A stretch of 64,000 bases of DNA. Source: Bdellovibrionales bacterium. GTDB lineage: Bacteria > Bdellovibrionota > Bdellovibrionia > Bdellovibrionales > JAGQZY01. The position numbers and the translations under genes are program-made. The notes beneath the pieces are model-generated. The model had not been told where the DNA came from. It saw only the letters and a program-made list of their open reading frames with translations, and made no database searches. Where the stretch lies: assembly GCA_031426555.1 (NCBI GenBank), contig JANPLN010000062.1:16780-80779 (forward strand), read 5' to 3'. Of this stretch, positions 1 to 9,539 are shown piece after piece (position 1 is the first letter of the stretch; every line of letters starts with the position of its first letter).

Positions 1-289
1 TCTGAATCATGTAAAAGAACATGTAGGACACCTGCGCAAGGGCTAAGCCGATGAACACTTCTTTGCCTACGTAAAATATGAGTTGCGAGTAAGACGTAAA
101 AACGTGCTTAAAGTCGGCTTTGAGAATGGGGTACAGGGAGATCGTGATTAAAAACGACAACAGCACTTTCAGGGGCGCTGGCACGTTGAGGCCGCCAAAC
201 ACGGGCCAAGTGACCAAGAAGGCACTCATTCTTGCCAAGATCAAAAGAAATGCAAAGGCTTCAATTTCAAACAGATTGAGAACGTTCAA
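1..289 (-). CDS. fliR: Flagellar biosynthesis protein FliR (5' part; runs off the window start)
   Basis: Manual translation from TTG at 289 gives MNVLNLFEIEAFAFLLILARMSAFLVTWPVFGGLNVPAPLKVLL..., the FliR N-terminal R-x-S-x-F...P-V-F-G motif. It lies directly downstream of fliQ. Confidence 0.9.
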   Translation of the reverse strand, partial: MNVLNLFEIEAFAFLLILARMSAFLVTWPVFGGLNVPAPLKVLLSFLITISLYPILKADFKHVFTSYSQLIFYVGKEVFIGLALAQVSYMFFYMIQ

Positions 290-300
290 ACAAAACCTCG

Positions 301-576
301 CTACTGAGTTCGGACGATATCTCCAACGCTTTCAAAAATCTCGATGGTAAACCCTTTGAGAGTATCTAACATCCAAGGACCAGCGAGGATAATAATCAAA
401 GTGACAACGATCATCTTGGGAATAAACGTGAGAGTGGCTTCGTTGATCTGAGTGATCGCTTGAAACACACTCACCAAAATCCCAATGACTAAAGCCCCAA
501 GTAACATGGGCGAGGAAACCAGTGCGATGGTTTTTAAGGTGCTCGTACTTAAATTGATAATCATATCTTCATTCAT
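301..576 (-). CDS. fliQ: Flagellar biosynthesis protein FliQ
   Basis: FQAITQINEATLTFIPK signature; 91 aa; between fliP and fliR. Confidence 0.97.
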   Translation of the reverse strand: MNEDMIINLSTSTLKTIALVSSPMLLGALVIGILVSVFQAITQINEATLTFIPKMIVVTLIIILAGPWMLDTLKGFTIEIFESVGDIVRTQ

Positions 577-579
577 GCA

Positions 580-1332
580 TCACCCAAAGCTCTTAACCAT
601 CGAGCCGACAATCAAACTCCATCCATCCACTAAAACAAAAATCATAATCTTAAATGGCAGGGAGATAACCACTGGCGGCAACATCATCATCCCCAGCGCC
701 ATCAAAACACTGGCCACGATCATATCGATCACCAAGAACGGCAGATAAATAATAAAGCCGATTTGAAAGGCCGTTTTTAATTCCGAAATCACAAATGCGG
801 GGATAAGAACAGTGGTTGGTACGTCAGCGCGGGTTTTTGGGTTATTGACTTTAGAGAGTCGTAAAAACAGCTCTAAATCGGCGCCGCGGGTTTGCGAAAA
901 CATAAATTTACGAAGCGGCACAAGCGCTTTTTCGATGGCGAGCTCTTGTTTCATTTGCCCGTTCACATAGGGCTGTAGCGCTTCGGTATTGATCTTTTCA
1001 AAAACCGGCTGCATGATAAAAAACGTTAAAAATAACGACATCCCCACCAAAAGTTGGTTCGGTGGCATCTGCTGAGTGCCCAAGGCTTGTCTTAAAAACG
1101 AAAATACAATAATTAAACGGGTAAAGCTGGTCATCAATATTAAGATGGCAGGGGCCAAGGTTAAAATTGTGAGCAGAATTAAAATTTGAATCGATGACAC
1201 AATCTCTTGCGGATTGTTTGTGGACTTCATCGAAAAGTTCACCGAAGGCACAGTCACATTGGACTGCGCCAAGGCCCACGAAGAGGCTCCCAAAATCAAG
1301 AGCATTAAAGGCAGCTTACATATCTGTTTCAT
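580..1332 (-). CDS. fliP: Flagellar biosynthesis protein FliP
   Basis: TSFTRLIIVFSFLRQALGTQQMPPNQ and LGMMMLPP...LPFK...LVDGW motifs; N-terminal signal peptide. Confidence 0.98.
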   Translation of the reverse strand: MKQICKLPLMLLILGASSWALAQSNVTVPSVNFSMKSTNNPQEIVSSIQILILLTILTLAPAILILMTSFTRLIIVFSFLRQALGTQQMPPNQLLVGMSLFLTFFIMQPVFEKINTEALQPYVNGQMKQELAIEKALVPLRKFMFSQTRGADLELFLRLSKVNNPKTRADVPTTVLIPAFVISELKTAFQIGFIIYLPFLVIDMIVASVLMALGMMMLPPVVISLPFKIMIFVLVDGWSLIVGSMVKSFG

Positions 1333-2410
1333 CGATATACTTTCTTTTTTGGAAAATCTTTTTAACGTCGCTCAAAGAGGATACTGAAAATGAATCTTCA
1401 ATTTCCTGCGCCTGGCTATCAAAGTTATTGGCAACATTATTAGATCGCGCGTCCATACGCTTGACCGCTGTTTTAAAGTCTTGCGGATCGAGATCCGGGA
1501 GTTCATCGTCGATGACAGAAAGTTGTTTGATTAAGGAAATATTATGATCCGTTACACCGAGGAGTAAATACTCGCCCGACACTCTCACAAGGGTGAGCTG
1601 TCGTTTTGGGCCTAAATACTTTTGCGATACCACTTTGATCGAGTCATGATTAAAAGCCGCACCTGATTTTTTCTCTTTGAGTTTTTTGTTTATAAGAAAC
1701 AACGAACCCATTAAAACCAGCAGGGCCATAAAGCCTGCCGCCATGCGACCCATTCCCGAGGTAGAAGTCACTTCGGCCTTGGCATTTTTTGCTTTTAAAG
1801 GAATTTCTTTTTCTTCTTTGGTGTCGTCCATCTTACCGTCCGCAGCCATTTCTTGCTCAAGACTTTTCGCTGTGGAAGCCAAAGGCGTATTGCTTTCCGT
1901 TTCCGAAGGTTCCATGGAGAGTACGCTTTTTTGTGCAATATGATCTTGCATCATAGCCATGGACTCTTTTTTAACATCGTACATGCGGCTGAGCTCTTTA
2001 ATATTATGGGGAAGAACGGCCACCGAGCTGTCTAACACCATGGTGAGCTTGTTATTGTCTTTTAAAAACCGCACTTGCTCGTGGTAGTTTGAAGCCACCT
2101 TTTCGTTATTTAAATTAATGCGAATTCGCAAACCCTTTTGATCGGGTTGCGAGGCATAGATGTTGTTGATGTCGGCTTCGCCCACATCCACAAATATTTT
2201 GTCTTTTTTAATTTGCACACCAGCCAAATCCCACTCGATCGTCCGACGCATAAATCGCGCTTCGATCTGATCCTGGTTCACCTCTTGAGCCATATCCATA
2301 TGAATCATAGTGGCTGTTCCTTTGTGCTCGACCTGAATGCTCTTCAGCGTATTCAAGTCGGCAGCAAGGGCCTGCATACAAAAGTTTAGAATCAAACTCG
2401 CGATCATCAT
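1316..2410 (-). CDS. fliO: Flagellar protein FliO/FliZ with large N-terminal periplasmic domain
   Basis: C-terminal TM helix then IKVVSQKYLGPKRQLTLVRVSGEYLLLGVTDHNI (FliO domain); between fliN and fliP. Confidence 0.85.
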   Translation of the reverse strand: MMIASLILNFCMQALAADLNTLKSIQVEHKGTATMIHMDMAQEVNQDQIEARFMRRTIEWDLAGVQIKKDKIFVDVGEADINNIYASQPDQKGLRIRINLNNEKVASNYHEQVRFLKDNNKLTMVLDSSVAVLPHNIKELSRMYDVKKESMAMMQDHIAQKSVLSMEPSETESNTPLASTAKSLEQEMAADGKMDDTKEEKEIPLKAKNAKAEVTSTSGMGRMAAGFMALLVLMGSLFLINKKLKEKKSGAAFNHDSIKVVSQKYLGPKRQLTLVRVSGEYLLLGVTDHNISLIKQLSVIDDELPDLDPQDFKTAVKRMDARSNNVANNFDSQAQEIEDSFSVSSLSDVKKIFQKRKYIDETDM

Positions 2411-2727
2411 TTGAGTTGCTCCACGCGTTCTTTTGGCGAAATCACATCTGTTAAACGAACACCAAATTTATCATTCACCACAACCGCTTCGCCTTTAGCG
2501 ATGAGCTTGTCGTTGACGTAAATTTCCATGGCCTCGCCCGCAAGCTTATTGAGCTCGATCACGCTGCCCTGGCCAAGATTGAGCAAATCGCTCACCACAA
2601 TTTTGGTTCGGCCAAGTTCGGCTGTGAGCTTAAGTGGAATATCCAATATCATATTGATATTGGGCTCGCCCCCGCTCACTTCGTGCAAATGGCTTTCCCC
2701 GGATTCTTTTTTTGCTGCCTCTGTCAT
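2407..2727 (-). CDS. fliN: Flagellar motor switch protein FliN
   Basis: ILDIPLKLTAELGRT...GSVIELNKLAGE...GEAVVVNDKFGVRLTD SpoA domain. Confidence 0.97.
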   Translation of the reverse strand: MTEAAKKESGESHLHEVSGGEPNINMILDIPLKLTAELGRTKIVVSDLLNLGQGSVIELNKLAGEAMEIYVNDKLIAKGEAVVVNDKFGVRLTDVISPKERVEQLK

Positions 2728-2739
2728 ATAATCTCCCTT

Positions 2740-3720
2740 TTATCTTTTATTAATTTTTTCGGTTATTTTCATCGCAACAGAACCGTGGCTTGTTCCGTAG
2801 AATCCTTTAAACTTTTTCACGCCCTCAACCAACACGTCGATCTCTTTGCTGGCATCTTGGTTGAGTGGCAAAATATCGCCCACCTTAAGCTCCATCAAAT
2901 CCTTGATAGAAAATACGCTTTCGCCAAGGTTCACTTTTATATCCACGCTGACGTCTTTTAATTGTTCAGAAATAATTTTTGACCAAATTCGCTTGTCTGT
3001 TTGATCCGCTTCCACCTGAAAGCCCGAAGATAATTTTTGTTTTATAGGCTCAATGGCCGAGTACGGAATCACTAACGTGATTGTGCCGCTGGCTTTTTCG
3101 AGTTCCACATCAAACGTGGATGCAATAACAACATCCGTTGGCGGCACGATCCCCACAAATTGTGGATTCACTTCGGTGCGCACAAAACTGCAATCGATCA
3201 CTTCTACAGATTCCCAAGCGACCTCTAAATCTTGAATCGCTAGCTCCACCACTTTTTTAACTATGGATAGCTCAATGGGGGTAAAATCTTTACCTTCAAC
3301 TTTTGTGTAAGGTCGATCATCGCCACCAAAAAAACTGTCGATGAGGGCATAGGCTAACTTTGTTTCGATCACAAAAAGCGCTGATCCGCGCAGATTTCCC
3401 ATCCGCAAAACACTCATGCATGTTGGCGCTGGCAGTGTGTTAATAAACTCGCCGAATTTTAAGAAGTCTGTGCTCGAGTGGTTTAATGCGGCAATTTTGC
3501 GTATAGCTGATGAGAGCGTAACGCGAAACGAGCGCATAAACTTTTCGTAAATAACGTCGAGCTGTGGAAGTCGGCCACGGATGATTCGATCTTGGCTGGT
3601 GAGATCATAGACCACCACCACACGATCATCGTGCTTGCCTTGTCCATCCAGCTTGATCTCGTTATCGGAAACCGCCGATAACAGTGCATCCACTTCACTT
3701 TGCGATAAAACCTGATTCAT
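2740..3720 (-). CDS. fliM: Flagellar motor switch protein FliM
   Basis: N-terminal LSQSEVDALL CheY-binding motif, EVNPQF, C-terminal SpoA domain. Confidence 0.98.
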   Translation of the reverse strand: MNQVLSQSEVDALLSAVSDNEIKLDGQGKHDDRVVVVYDLTSQDRIIRGRLPQLDVIYEKFMRSFRVTLSSAIRKIAALNHSSTDFLKFGEFINTLPAPTCMSVLRMGNLRGSALFVIETKLAYALIDSFFGGDDRPYTKVEGKDFTPIELSIVKKVVELAIQDLEVAWESVEVIDCSFVRTEVNPQFVGIVPPTDVVIASTFDVELEKASGTITLVIPYSAIEPIKQKLSSGFQVEADQTDKRIWSKIISEQLKDVSVDIKVNLGESVFSIKDLMELKVGDILPLNQDASKEIDVLVEGVKKFKGFYGTSHGSVAMKITEKINKR

Positions 3721-3727
3721 ACAACCC

Positions 3728-4300
3728 CTACTGGAATAAAAACTCTGTGAATAAAATCTTTTTGATCTTTCCCTTAGTAAGTATCGAATTTACTGTGTCG
3801 ATGATTTCTGCTTTTAATTTGTCTTGCGCATTTTCACCGGAGACTTCGCCGTAGCGTTTACTTGTTAGTAAAATGATAATCATGTCGCGCACTTGCGCTT
3901 GGCGTTTTAAGATCTCATCCTGCGCAGGCGTTGTGTCCACCTCGAGGCTCATCGTGACTTTTAAAAGTTTGTAACCTTCGCTACCATCCAAATTGACATA
4001 AAAGGTTTCGAGTGCGACCAGTTTTAACTCGTGTTCGGATGGTTTCTTTTCATCCTTCGCCGCAGGGCCGTCTTTTATTTCGCCAATCTCTGTGGCGGCT
4101 TTTACGACTTCCCGGGTTGCCTTTGAATATTGATAAAGGCCAAAACCCACGCCGGCAAACGCCAGAGAGTTTACAACCACTAGGATCATAAGGATCAAGG
4201 AACGCTTGTCTGAGCCTTGACCTGGGCCTTGACCTGAGTCTCGTGATTTATCGTCGCCGTCTTCCGCTTTTGATTTTTTTGCTGCATTTGCGTCTGCCAC
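3728..4300 (-). CDS. fliL: Flagellar basal body protein FliL
   Basis: Single TM helix, LETFYVNL...VRD...LFTEFLFQ FliL pattern; first gene of the operon (GTG start). Confidence 0.93.
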   Translation of the reverse strand: MADANAAKKSKAEDGDDKSRDSGQGPGQGSDKRSLILMILVVVNSLAFAGVGFGLYQYSKATREVVKAATEIGEIKDGPAAKDEKKPSEHELKLVALETFYVNLDGSEGYKLLKVTMSLEVDTTPAQDEILKRQAQVRDMIIILLTSKRYGEVSGENAQDKLKAEIIDTVNSILTKGKIKKILFTEFLFQ

Positions 4301-4344
4301 TCTTCCCCCATGACATATTCTTTCAACTGTTCACACAGTATGTG

Positions 4345-4360
4345 AGCAACTTGGGTGCCA
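4345..4360 (-). promoter_or_regulatory. Sigma54 (-24/-12) promoter of the fliL-fliR operon
   Basis: Minus strand reads TGGCAC-CCAAG-TTGCT, an exact match to TGGCAC-N5-TTGCW, about 45 nt upstream of fliL. Confidence 0.85.
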
Positions 4361-4605
4361 CACAGACTTTGGAGCAGGTGTGGGGGTCTCCTCCAATTTA
4401 CAGGTTTTGAACCCCCGAAAGGATCGATGTTCTGACTCGCCAGAGCCGGTATATTGACAGGACTGAGGAAAGTTCGGCTATGGCTAGGTGTGTCCTAGAC
4501 TTGTTGGAATTTCGAAGTCCAGGCCATTGACCCTTATCGAACAAATCTTGTAATCTTGGAACATGGCTCTAGTGGCTAGAGTTACAGAAACGAAGAGGAC
4601 GGATT

Positions 4606-5373
4606 ATGAAAAAGAATGAAGCTTCCAAAAAAGATGGACGTTTGGAAAAAGTTGTCGTGTTTTTATTAGTGGTTTTAATTTCTCTCCTCTCTTTCAGCGT
4701 TGGTGTGATTTCGGGAAAAGGTTTGAGCGATAAAGAGTATGCCCTCAAAGCCATCGATCAAAAAAATTCCCACGCTTTGAATAGCGATGAGTCCGAAGAA
4801 GTTCCTGCAGATGCCGATCTTTCCGAGGAAGAAATTCAACAGTTGGCCACTGCGGCCATTCAAGCTGCCGAAAAAAATGGGGACCTTAAAAAAGACTACA
4901 ACGCGAGCGGTGAAGACACTGAAGCTGCAGAAATCGCGGCGCTTGAGAAAAAATCCCATGGCAAAACCGGCGCCCATTCTCCGGCCTCCACTCCTGTGGC
5001 CCCTACGTCGGGCTCTGTTGCTGCTCACGCGCCGGTCTCTGTCGCTGCTCACGCAGCTCCTTCTGCTTCTGCAGCAACGGCTCCTAAGGCCGACGAACGT
5101 TTTCCGACCAGCGTAAAAAAAGGCGCCGCCGAAGCTGAGTACACTGTTCAGGTGGCCGCGTATCCAAATCCCAAGGACGCAGAGGCAATGTCCGCCTCGC
5201 TCATTAAAAAAGGCCTTCCGGCGTTTCCTGTAAAAGTGATGCTGAATGGCGCTGAGTGGTACAAGGTGAGTGTCGGCAGCTTTAAAAACCGTAAAGAAGC
5301 CATGGACTATCAGGCCGAGCTTAAAAAGCAGGGCGTCGTTAAAGACGCTTTTGTTCAAAAAATAGTCAAATAG
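4606..5373 (+). CDS. SPOR-domain membrane-anchored protein (FtsN/DedD-like)
   Basis: N-terminal TM, Ala/Pro/Ser-rich linker with duplicated SVAAHA, C-terminal YTVQVAAY...WYKVSVGSF SPOR domain. Confidence 0.88.
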   Translation: MKKNEASKKDGRLEKVVVFLLVVLISLLSFSVGVISGKGLSDKEYALKAIDQKNSHALNSDESEEVPADADLSEEEIQQLATAAIQAAEKNGDLKKDYNASGEDTEAAEIAALEKKSHGKTGAHSPASTPVAPTSGSVAAHAPVSVAAHAAPSASAATAPKADERFPTSVKKGAAEAEYTVQVAAYPNPKDAEAMSASLIKKGLPAFPVKVMLNGAEWYKVSVGSFKNRKEAMDYQAELKKQGVVKDAFVQKIVK

Positions 5374-5446
5374 GTTTACCCAATTAGCGCCCATCCTGGG
5401 CGACCCTCATTGACATCGACCGAAGAATGATTAAGTTTAGCGGTCT

Positions 5447-7666
5447 ATGTCGTCTGTCAGTCTGAATCCAGCCCAACAACAAGCTGTCGTACATACCGGA
5501 TCGCCACTGCTTATTTTAGCTGGCGCAGGCTCTGGCAAAACCCGAGTTCTCACACAAAAAATCTGTCATCTGATCGAAACCAATCAATATCATCCCCGCG
5601 AAATTTTGGCGGTCACCTTTACCAACAAAGCCGCCCGCGAAATGAAGGAGCGCATGTCGCGCATGCTCCCTCCGCATCTGGCCTACGACGTGTGGATCAG
5701 CACATTTCACTCCCTGGGTGTGCAGATTTTGCGGCGCTATGCGGACGTGATGGGTTACAAAAAAGGCTTTACCATTTTTGACGACTCCGATCAGACCACG
5801 GTGATTAAAAAAGTTTTAAAAAAATTAAATCTCAACGAAAAAATTATCACCCCCAAGTTTTGCCAATCGCGCATCAACATGGCAAAAGCCTCTGTTCTCA
5901 CGCAGCAACAGATCGATTCGCAAAAATCTTTGTTTAATAAAGAGTTCACCGCTGTTTACGCCGCCTACGAGCAAGAACTTAAAGCCAACAATGCTTTTGA
6001 TTTTGGCGATTTGATTTCGAAAACTTTGTATTTGGTGGAAAACTACCCGCATGTTCAGCAAGAGCTGCAAAATACATTTAGGTTTGTGATGGTGGATGAG
6101 TATCAGGATACCAACGTCAGCCAGTACCGTTTGATGAAAGCTTTATGCCCCGACAAAAGCAATATCTGCGTGGTGGGCGACGAAGATCAATCCATCTACG
6201 CGTGGCGCGGGGCGGATATAACCAACATTCTCAATTTCGAAAAAGACTTTCCGGGAACGCAGGTCATTAAGCTTGAGCAAAACTACCGCTCAACAAAAAA
6301 TATCATCACCGCCGCCTCGGCCGTGATTCAGCACAACTCTCAACGCCATGACAAAAAACTATTTACCGACAACCCGGACGGCGAGCTTATAAAAATTGTA
6401 AACGTTGAAAACGAATACGAAGAATCCCAGTACGTGGCGGACAGGATTTCGCATCTCCACCTCAGTGGCACTCCTTTGAGTGATATCGCAGTTTTTTATC
6501 GCACCAACGCCCAATCCCGAGTGATCGAAGAACAACTGCGCAATAAACAACTGACGTACAAACTTTTTGGTGGCATTCGCTTTTATGATCGCAAAGAGAT
6601 CAAAGACATCGCCTCGTATTTAAATCTCTTACTCAACCCCACCGACGATGTGTCGTTTAAACGCGTGGTCAATGTTCCCGCGCGCAGTCTTGGCAAGACC
6701 TCGGTTGAACAGATCGAGCAGATCAGCATCGACAACAATTGCAGCATGGTGGAAGCCTCTATCCGAGCGGTGCAGGGAAAACTTCTCACTTCGCGCGCGA
6801 ACAACAAACTGAGCGAGTTTTTAGATTTACTTGTTAAACTTCGCGCAAAAAGCACCAGCATGGATATTTACGCTCTCTACAACGAAATTCTGCACGATAC
6901 CGGTTACCTGCGCGAGCTCGAGCAGGACGACACCATCGAGTCTAAGTCGCGCATCGAAAACTTGCAGGAATTTGGCAACGCCATCATGCGGTTTATCGAG
7001 ACCCATCAAGACGATGTGTCGCTGGAAAAATTCTTAAGCGACATGGCTTTGGTTTCCGACGCCGACACGTTGGCCGCCGACAATCAGCCGGCCATTACGT
7101 TGATGACACTGCATATTTCAAAAGGCTTGGAATTTCCCCATGTGTTTATGCTGGGCATGGAAGAGGGGTTATTTCCCGGCCATCAAAGCATCGAAGAAGC
7201 CGGTGATCGCATGGAAGAGGAGCGACGCCTTTGCTACGTGGGCATGACCCGCGCCGAGAAGTCACTGTACATGTGCCATGCCCGCAGCCGTCGCCATTGG
7301 GGCGAACATCAGTTTAATCCCCCCAGTCGCTTTTTAGACGAAATCCCATCGCACCTTTCCGAGCCGGTCAGCTTAATCCAACGTCGCCCGCAATTTATGA
7401 ATCGCACAAGCACCTTCGGCAAACCACAATCTTCCGCCAATCAATTGAGCTCCGGTTTTGATACCTTTCCCGATTACGAAAACATGAGCGACGTGCAAGA
7501 CGGAAACCCTTATAAAAAAGGCGCCCGTGTTCGCCACCCCGTTTTTGGCGCCGGTGCCATCTTTAGCGTTGAAGGCTCGGGCGACGCCACCAAAGTTTCC
7601 ATTCTGTTTACTGACCAGAGCATCAAAAAGTTTATTGCCAGACACGCAAACTTAACGTTTATTTAA
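5447..7666 (+). CDS. pcrA: ATP-dependent DNA helicase PcrA/UvrD
   Basis: AGAGSGKT, TFTNKAA, DEYQD, VGDEDQSIY, LEQNYRST, LMTLHISKGLEF and EERRLCYVGMTRA motifs; C-terminal Tudor-like RVRHPVFG domain. Confidence 0.96.
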   Translation: MSSVSLNPAQQQAVVHTGSPLLILAGAGSGKTRVLTQKICHLIETNQYHPREILAVTFTNKAAREMKERMSRMLPPHLAYDVWISTFHSLGVQILRRYADVMGYKKGFTIFDDSDQTTVIKKVLKKLNLNEKIITPKFCQSRINMAKASVLTQQQIDSQKSLFNKEFTAVYAAYEQELKANNAFDFGDLISKTLYLVENYPHVQQELQNTFRFVMVDEYQDTNVSQYRLMKALCPDKSNICVVGDEDQSIYAWRGADITNILNFEKDFPGTQVIKLEQNYRSTKNIITAASAVIQHNSQRHDKKLFTDNPDGELIKIVNVENEYEESQYVADRISHLHLSGTPLSDIAVFYRTNAQSRVIEEQLRNKQLTYKLFGGIRFYDRKEIKDIASYLNLLLNPTDDVSFKRVVNVPARSLGKTSVEQIEQISIDNNCSMVEASIRAVQGKLLTSRANNKLSEFLDLLVKLRAKSTSMDIYALYNEILHDTGYLRELEQDDTIESKSRIENLQEFGNAIMRFIETHQDDVSLEKFLSDMALVSDADTLAADNQPAITLMTLHISKGLEFPHVFMLGMEEGLFPGHQSIEEAGDRMEEERRLCYVGMTRAEKSLYMCHARSRRHWGEHQFNPPSRFLDEIPSHLSEPVSLIQRRPQFMNRTSTFGKPQSSANQLSSGFDTFPDYENMSDVQDGNPYKKGARVRHPVFGAGAIFSVEGSGDATKVSILFTDQSIKKFIARHANLTFI

Positions 7667-7669
7667 GTT

Positions 7670-7969
7670 ATGGACATAGAAATTCTTTTTCGACGATTGA
7701 TGGCGCTTCCTTACATTCCAAGTCTTCTTAGCTGGGCGTTTTTTGGGCTTCTCGCTGGCGTCGTTGCAAAAATCATTCTGCCTGGGCAAGAGAGCCTAGG
7801 CTGGATTCGCACCATTCTGGTTGGTATCTGTGGGGCATTTTTGGGTGGGTTTCTCGCGGCCTTCTTAGGATATAATGTGCACATGGGATGGAACATGCTT
7901 GGCTTTGTGGCGGCTGTTGGCGGCTCAGTGGTACTACTACTCATCAACCGCTTAGTGACACGCACATAG
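7670..7969 (+). CDS. GlsB/YeaQ/YmgE family stress-response membrane protein
   Basis: GLLAGVVAKIILPG...TILVGICGAFLGG three-TM pattern. Confidence 0.88.
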   Translation: MDIEILFRRLMALPYIPSLLSWAFFGLLAGVVAKIILPGQESLGWIRTILVGICGAFLGGFLAAFLGYNVHMGWNMLGFVAAVGGSVVLLLINRLVTRT

Positions 7970-7982
7970 CCATTCTCACGCA

Positions 7983-8143
7983 AAAATTTCGAATTTAGTT
8001 TTTCTGAGCTTCAAATAAAATATGTCTAAATAGGACGCGGGCATCGTGCCCTCAACCGCAAGGTCATACACCATCCTGGTGTTGCGGAGGTCCTATTTAG
8101 ACATATTTTATTTGAAGCTCAGAAAAACTAAATTCGAAATTTT
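7983..8143. repeat. 161-bp palindromic element: perfect 54-bp inverted repeats around a 53-bp structured spacer (MITE/REP-like)
   Basis: 7983-8036 is the exact reverse complement of 8090-8143; the spacer holds GC-rich hairpins. Confidence 0.92.
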
Positions 8144-8277
8144 GAGATTCAAACTGGCAAAGTTTGGGAACTGAAGGGGGAAGCTGGGCCATTCAGTGGG
8201 GTTTATTGAGCAACGCGGGCTGTTCCTGTTTGCAAGTGTCTACACTGTTGTTATGATTTTATTTCCCAGGAGGCCCT

Positions 8278-8577
8278 ATGGTCACTTTTTGCAAAATTTG
8301 TTTTGTTCTCGTTTTTATCGCGTGTTTGTCGGCGTGTTCCAGTCATCCGATTAAGCCTGAAGGCAAGAATGTGGAAGTCAGTCGCAATGATGCTGGCAAG
8401 GATTGCAAAGAGATTGGGCGGGTTGAAGGGCGTGTGAAAAACGTTAAAGGCAACTTTGACGAAGCCATGGAAGATTTGAAACTGGATGCGGCTCGTAAGG
8501 GTGCCAATTACGTAAAGATGGAACAGACCGGAGCCATGGGGCAGTCGGTGGCTGGCGTTGCTTATTTTTGCGAATAG
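8278..8577 (+). CDS. DUF4156-like small lipoprotein
   Basis: GGAGG SD, lipobox LSAC, C-x-x-I-G-x-V...A-x-x-x-G-A-N-Y-V...A-Y-x-C pattern. Confidence 0.75.
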   Translation: MVTFCKICFVLVFIACLSACSSHPIKPEGKNVEVSRNDAGKDCKEIGRVEGRVKNVKGNFDEAMEDLKLDAARKGANYVKMEQTGAMGQSVAGVAYFCE

Positions 8578-8632
8578 CAAAATACAGGCAAATGTTCCTC
8601 ACCCAGTCATCATGATCGCTCAGTTTTTTTTA

Positions 8633-9139
8633 TTACAAGGATTTTAAAAAAATAAAATCGGTTTGGGCTTCATCACCCATCACAAACTCGTGGGACGAGA
8701 TTTTTTTAAAGCCGTGCTTTTCGTAAAATCTTTGGGCGCGGTAATTCTTTTCCCACACGCCTAACCAAAATGAGCCATACCCCAGATCGCGGGCTTTTTG
8801 TTCGCACACTGCCATCATTTGATCGGCAAAGCCGCGCCCGTGGTACTCGGCGAGTAAATAAAACCGTTTCAGCTCCAGGTTAATTCCTTCATAGACTTCG
8901 GTGTTATTAAACAGCATCTGAATATAGCCCACGAGGTTGTCCTCGATAAAACAGCCAAATGTAAAATAGTTGGGATCGGCTAATTCACGGCGAAAGGCAT
9001 CCGCAGTGAGATGAGCATCGGCGTAGCCAATAACGTTCTTTTCGTCATTTGTGGGCAAAAAAGTTTCGACAAAGATCCTATGGGCTATGGGAGCTAATTT
9101 ATCGGCATCTAATGGTGTGAGTGATGTAATTTTCAGCAT
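8633..9139 (-). CDS. GNAT N-acetyltransferase (PaiA/spermidine acetyltransferase-like)
   Basis: ELKRFYL...HGRG, WLGVWEKNYRAQRFYEKHGF. Confidence 0.9.
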   Translation of the reverse strand: MLKITSLTPLDADKLAPIAHRIFVETFLPTNDEKNVIGYADAHLTADAFRRELADPNYFTFGCFIEDNLVGYIQMLFNNTEVYEGINLELKRFYLLAEYHGRGFADQMMAVCEQKARDLGYGSFWLGVWEKNYRAQRFYEKHGFKKISSHEFVMGDEAQTDFIFLKSL

Positions 9140-9176
9140 ATGGTAATTGCCGAGAACTTATGTTAAAAGCTCGTCC

Positions 9177-9527
9177 ATGGTTATTACAAATTTATCAGGT
9201 GAAAAGATTATCTATCCACAGCAGCAGTTGCTCCCCATTCACTTGGCGACGCGATTAAAAAATACTCTGATTACGTTGGTCAAATGCAGCGCAGTTACGG
9301 CGCTGCTGTCTTTGATTCCAATTCTGCACTTTGTTCTTGTTCCACTGGGTTGCTTTTTGACGGTGATCAGCACTTGGTTTTCTTGGAAACGAAGTTACTT
9401 TTTTGAACAAATCGAAATCCATTGCCCAAGCTGTGATCAAAAAACCACGGCAACATTGGGTGGCTCGGAATTACCTCTGAGAACCTTTTGCCCCAGCTGC
9501 CGAAACATGGTTTACGTCGCAAACTAA
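9177..9527 (+). CDS. Hypothetical membrane protein with C-terminal zinc ribbon
   Basis: Two TM helices (IPILHFVLVP) and two CPSC motifs; start moved to the ATG at 9177. Confidence 0.7.
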   Translation: MVITNLSGEKIIYPQQQLLPIHLATRLKNTLITLVKCSAVTALLSLIPILHFVLVPLGCFLTVISTWFSWKRSYFFEQIEIHCPSCDQKTTATLGGSELPLRTFCPSCRNMVYVAN

Positions 9528-9539
9528 GTAACCAGTAAA

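Noticed and set aside
4301..4605. c-di-GMP riboswitch upstream of the flagellar operon
   Set aside because: No GEMM-type consensus recognised; the region is explained by divergent promoters.
4675..5394. 239-aa antisense ORF
   Set aside because: Shadow of the SPOR gene with no recognisable motifs; most short antisense ORFs in the track were dismissed likewise.
7983..8143. CRISPR array or tRNA
   Set aside because: A single inverted pair, not spaced direct repeats; no cloverleaf, T-loop or CCA; no cas genes.
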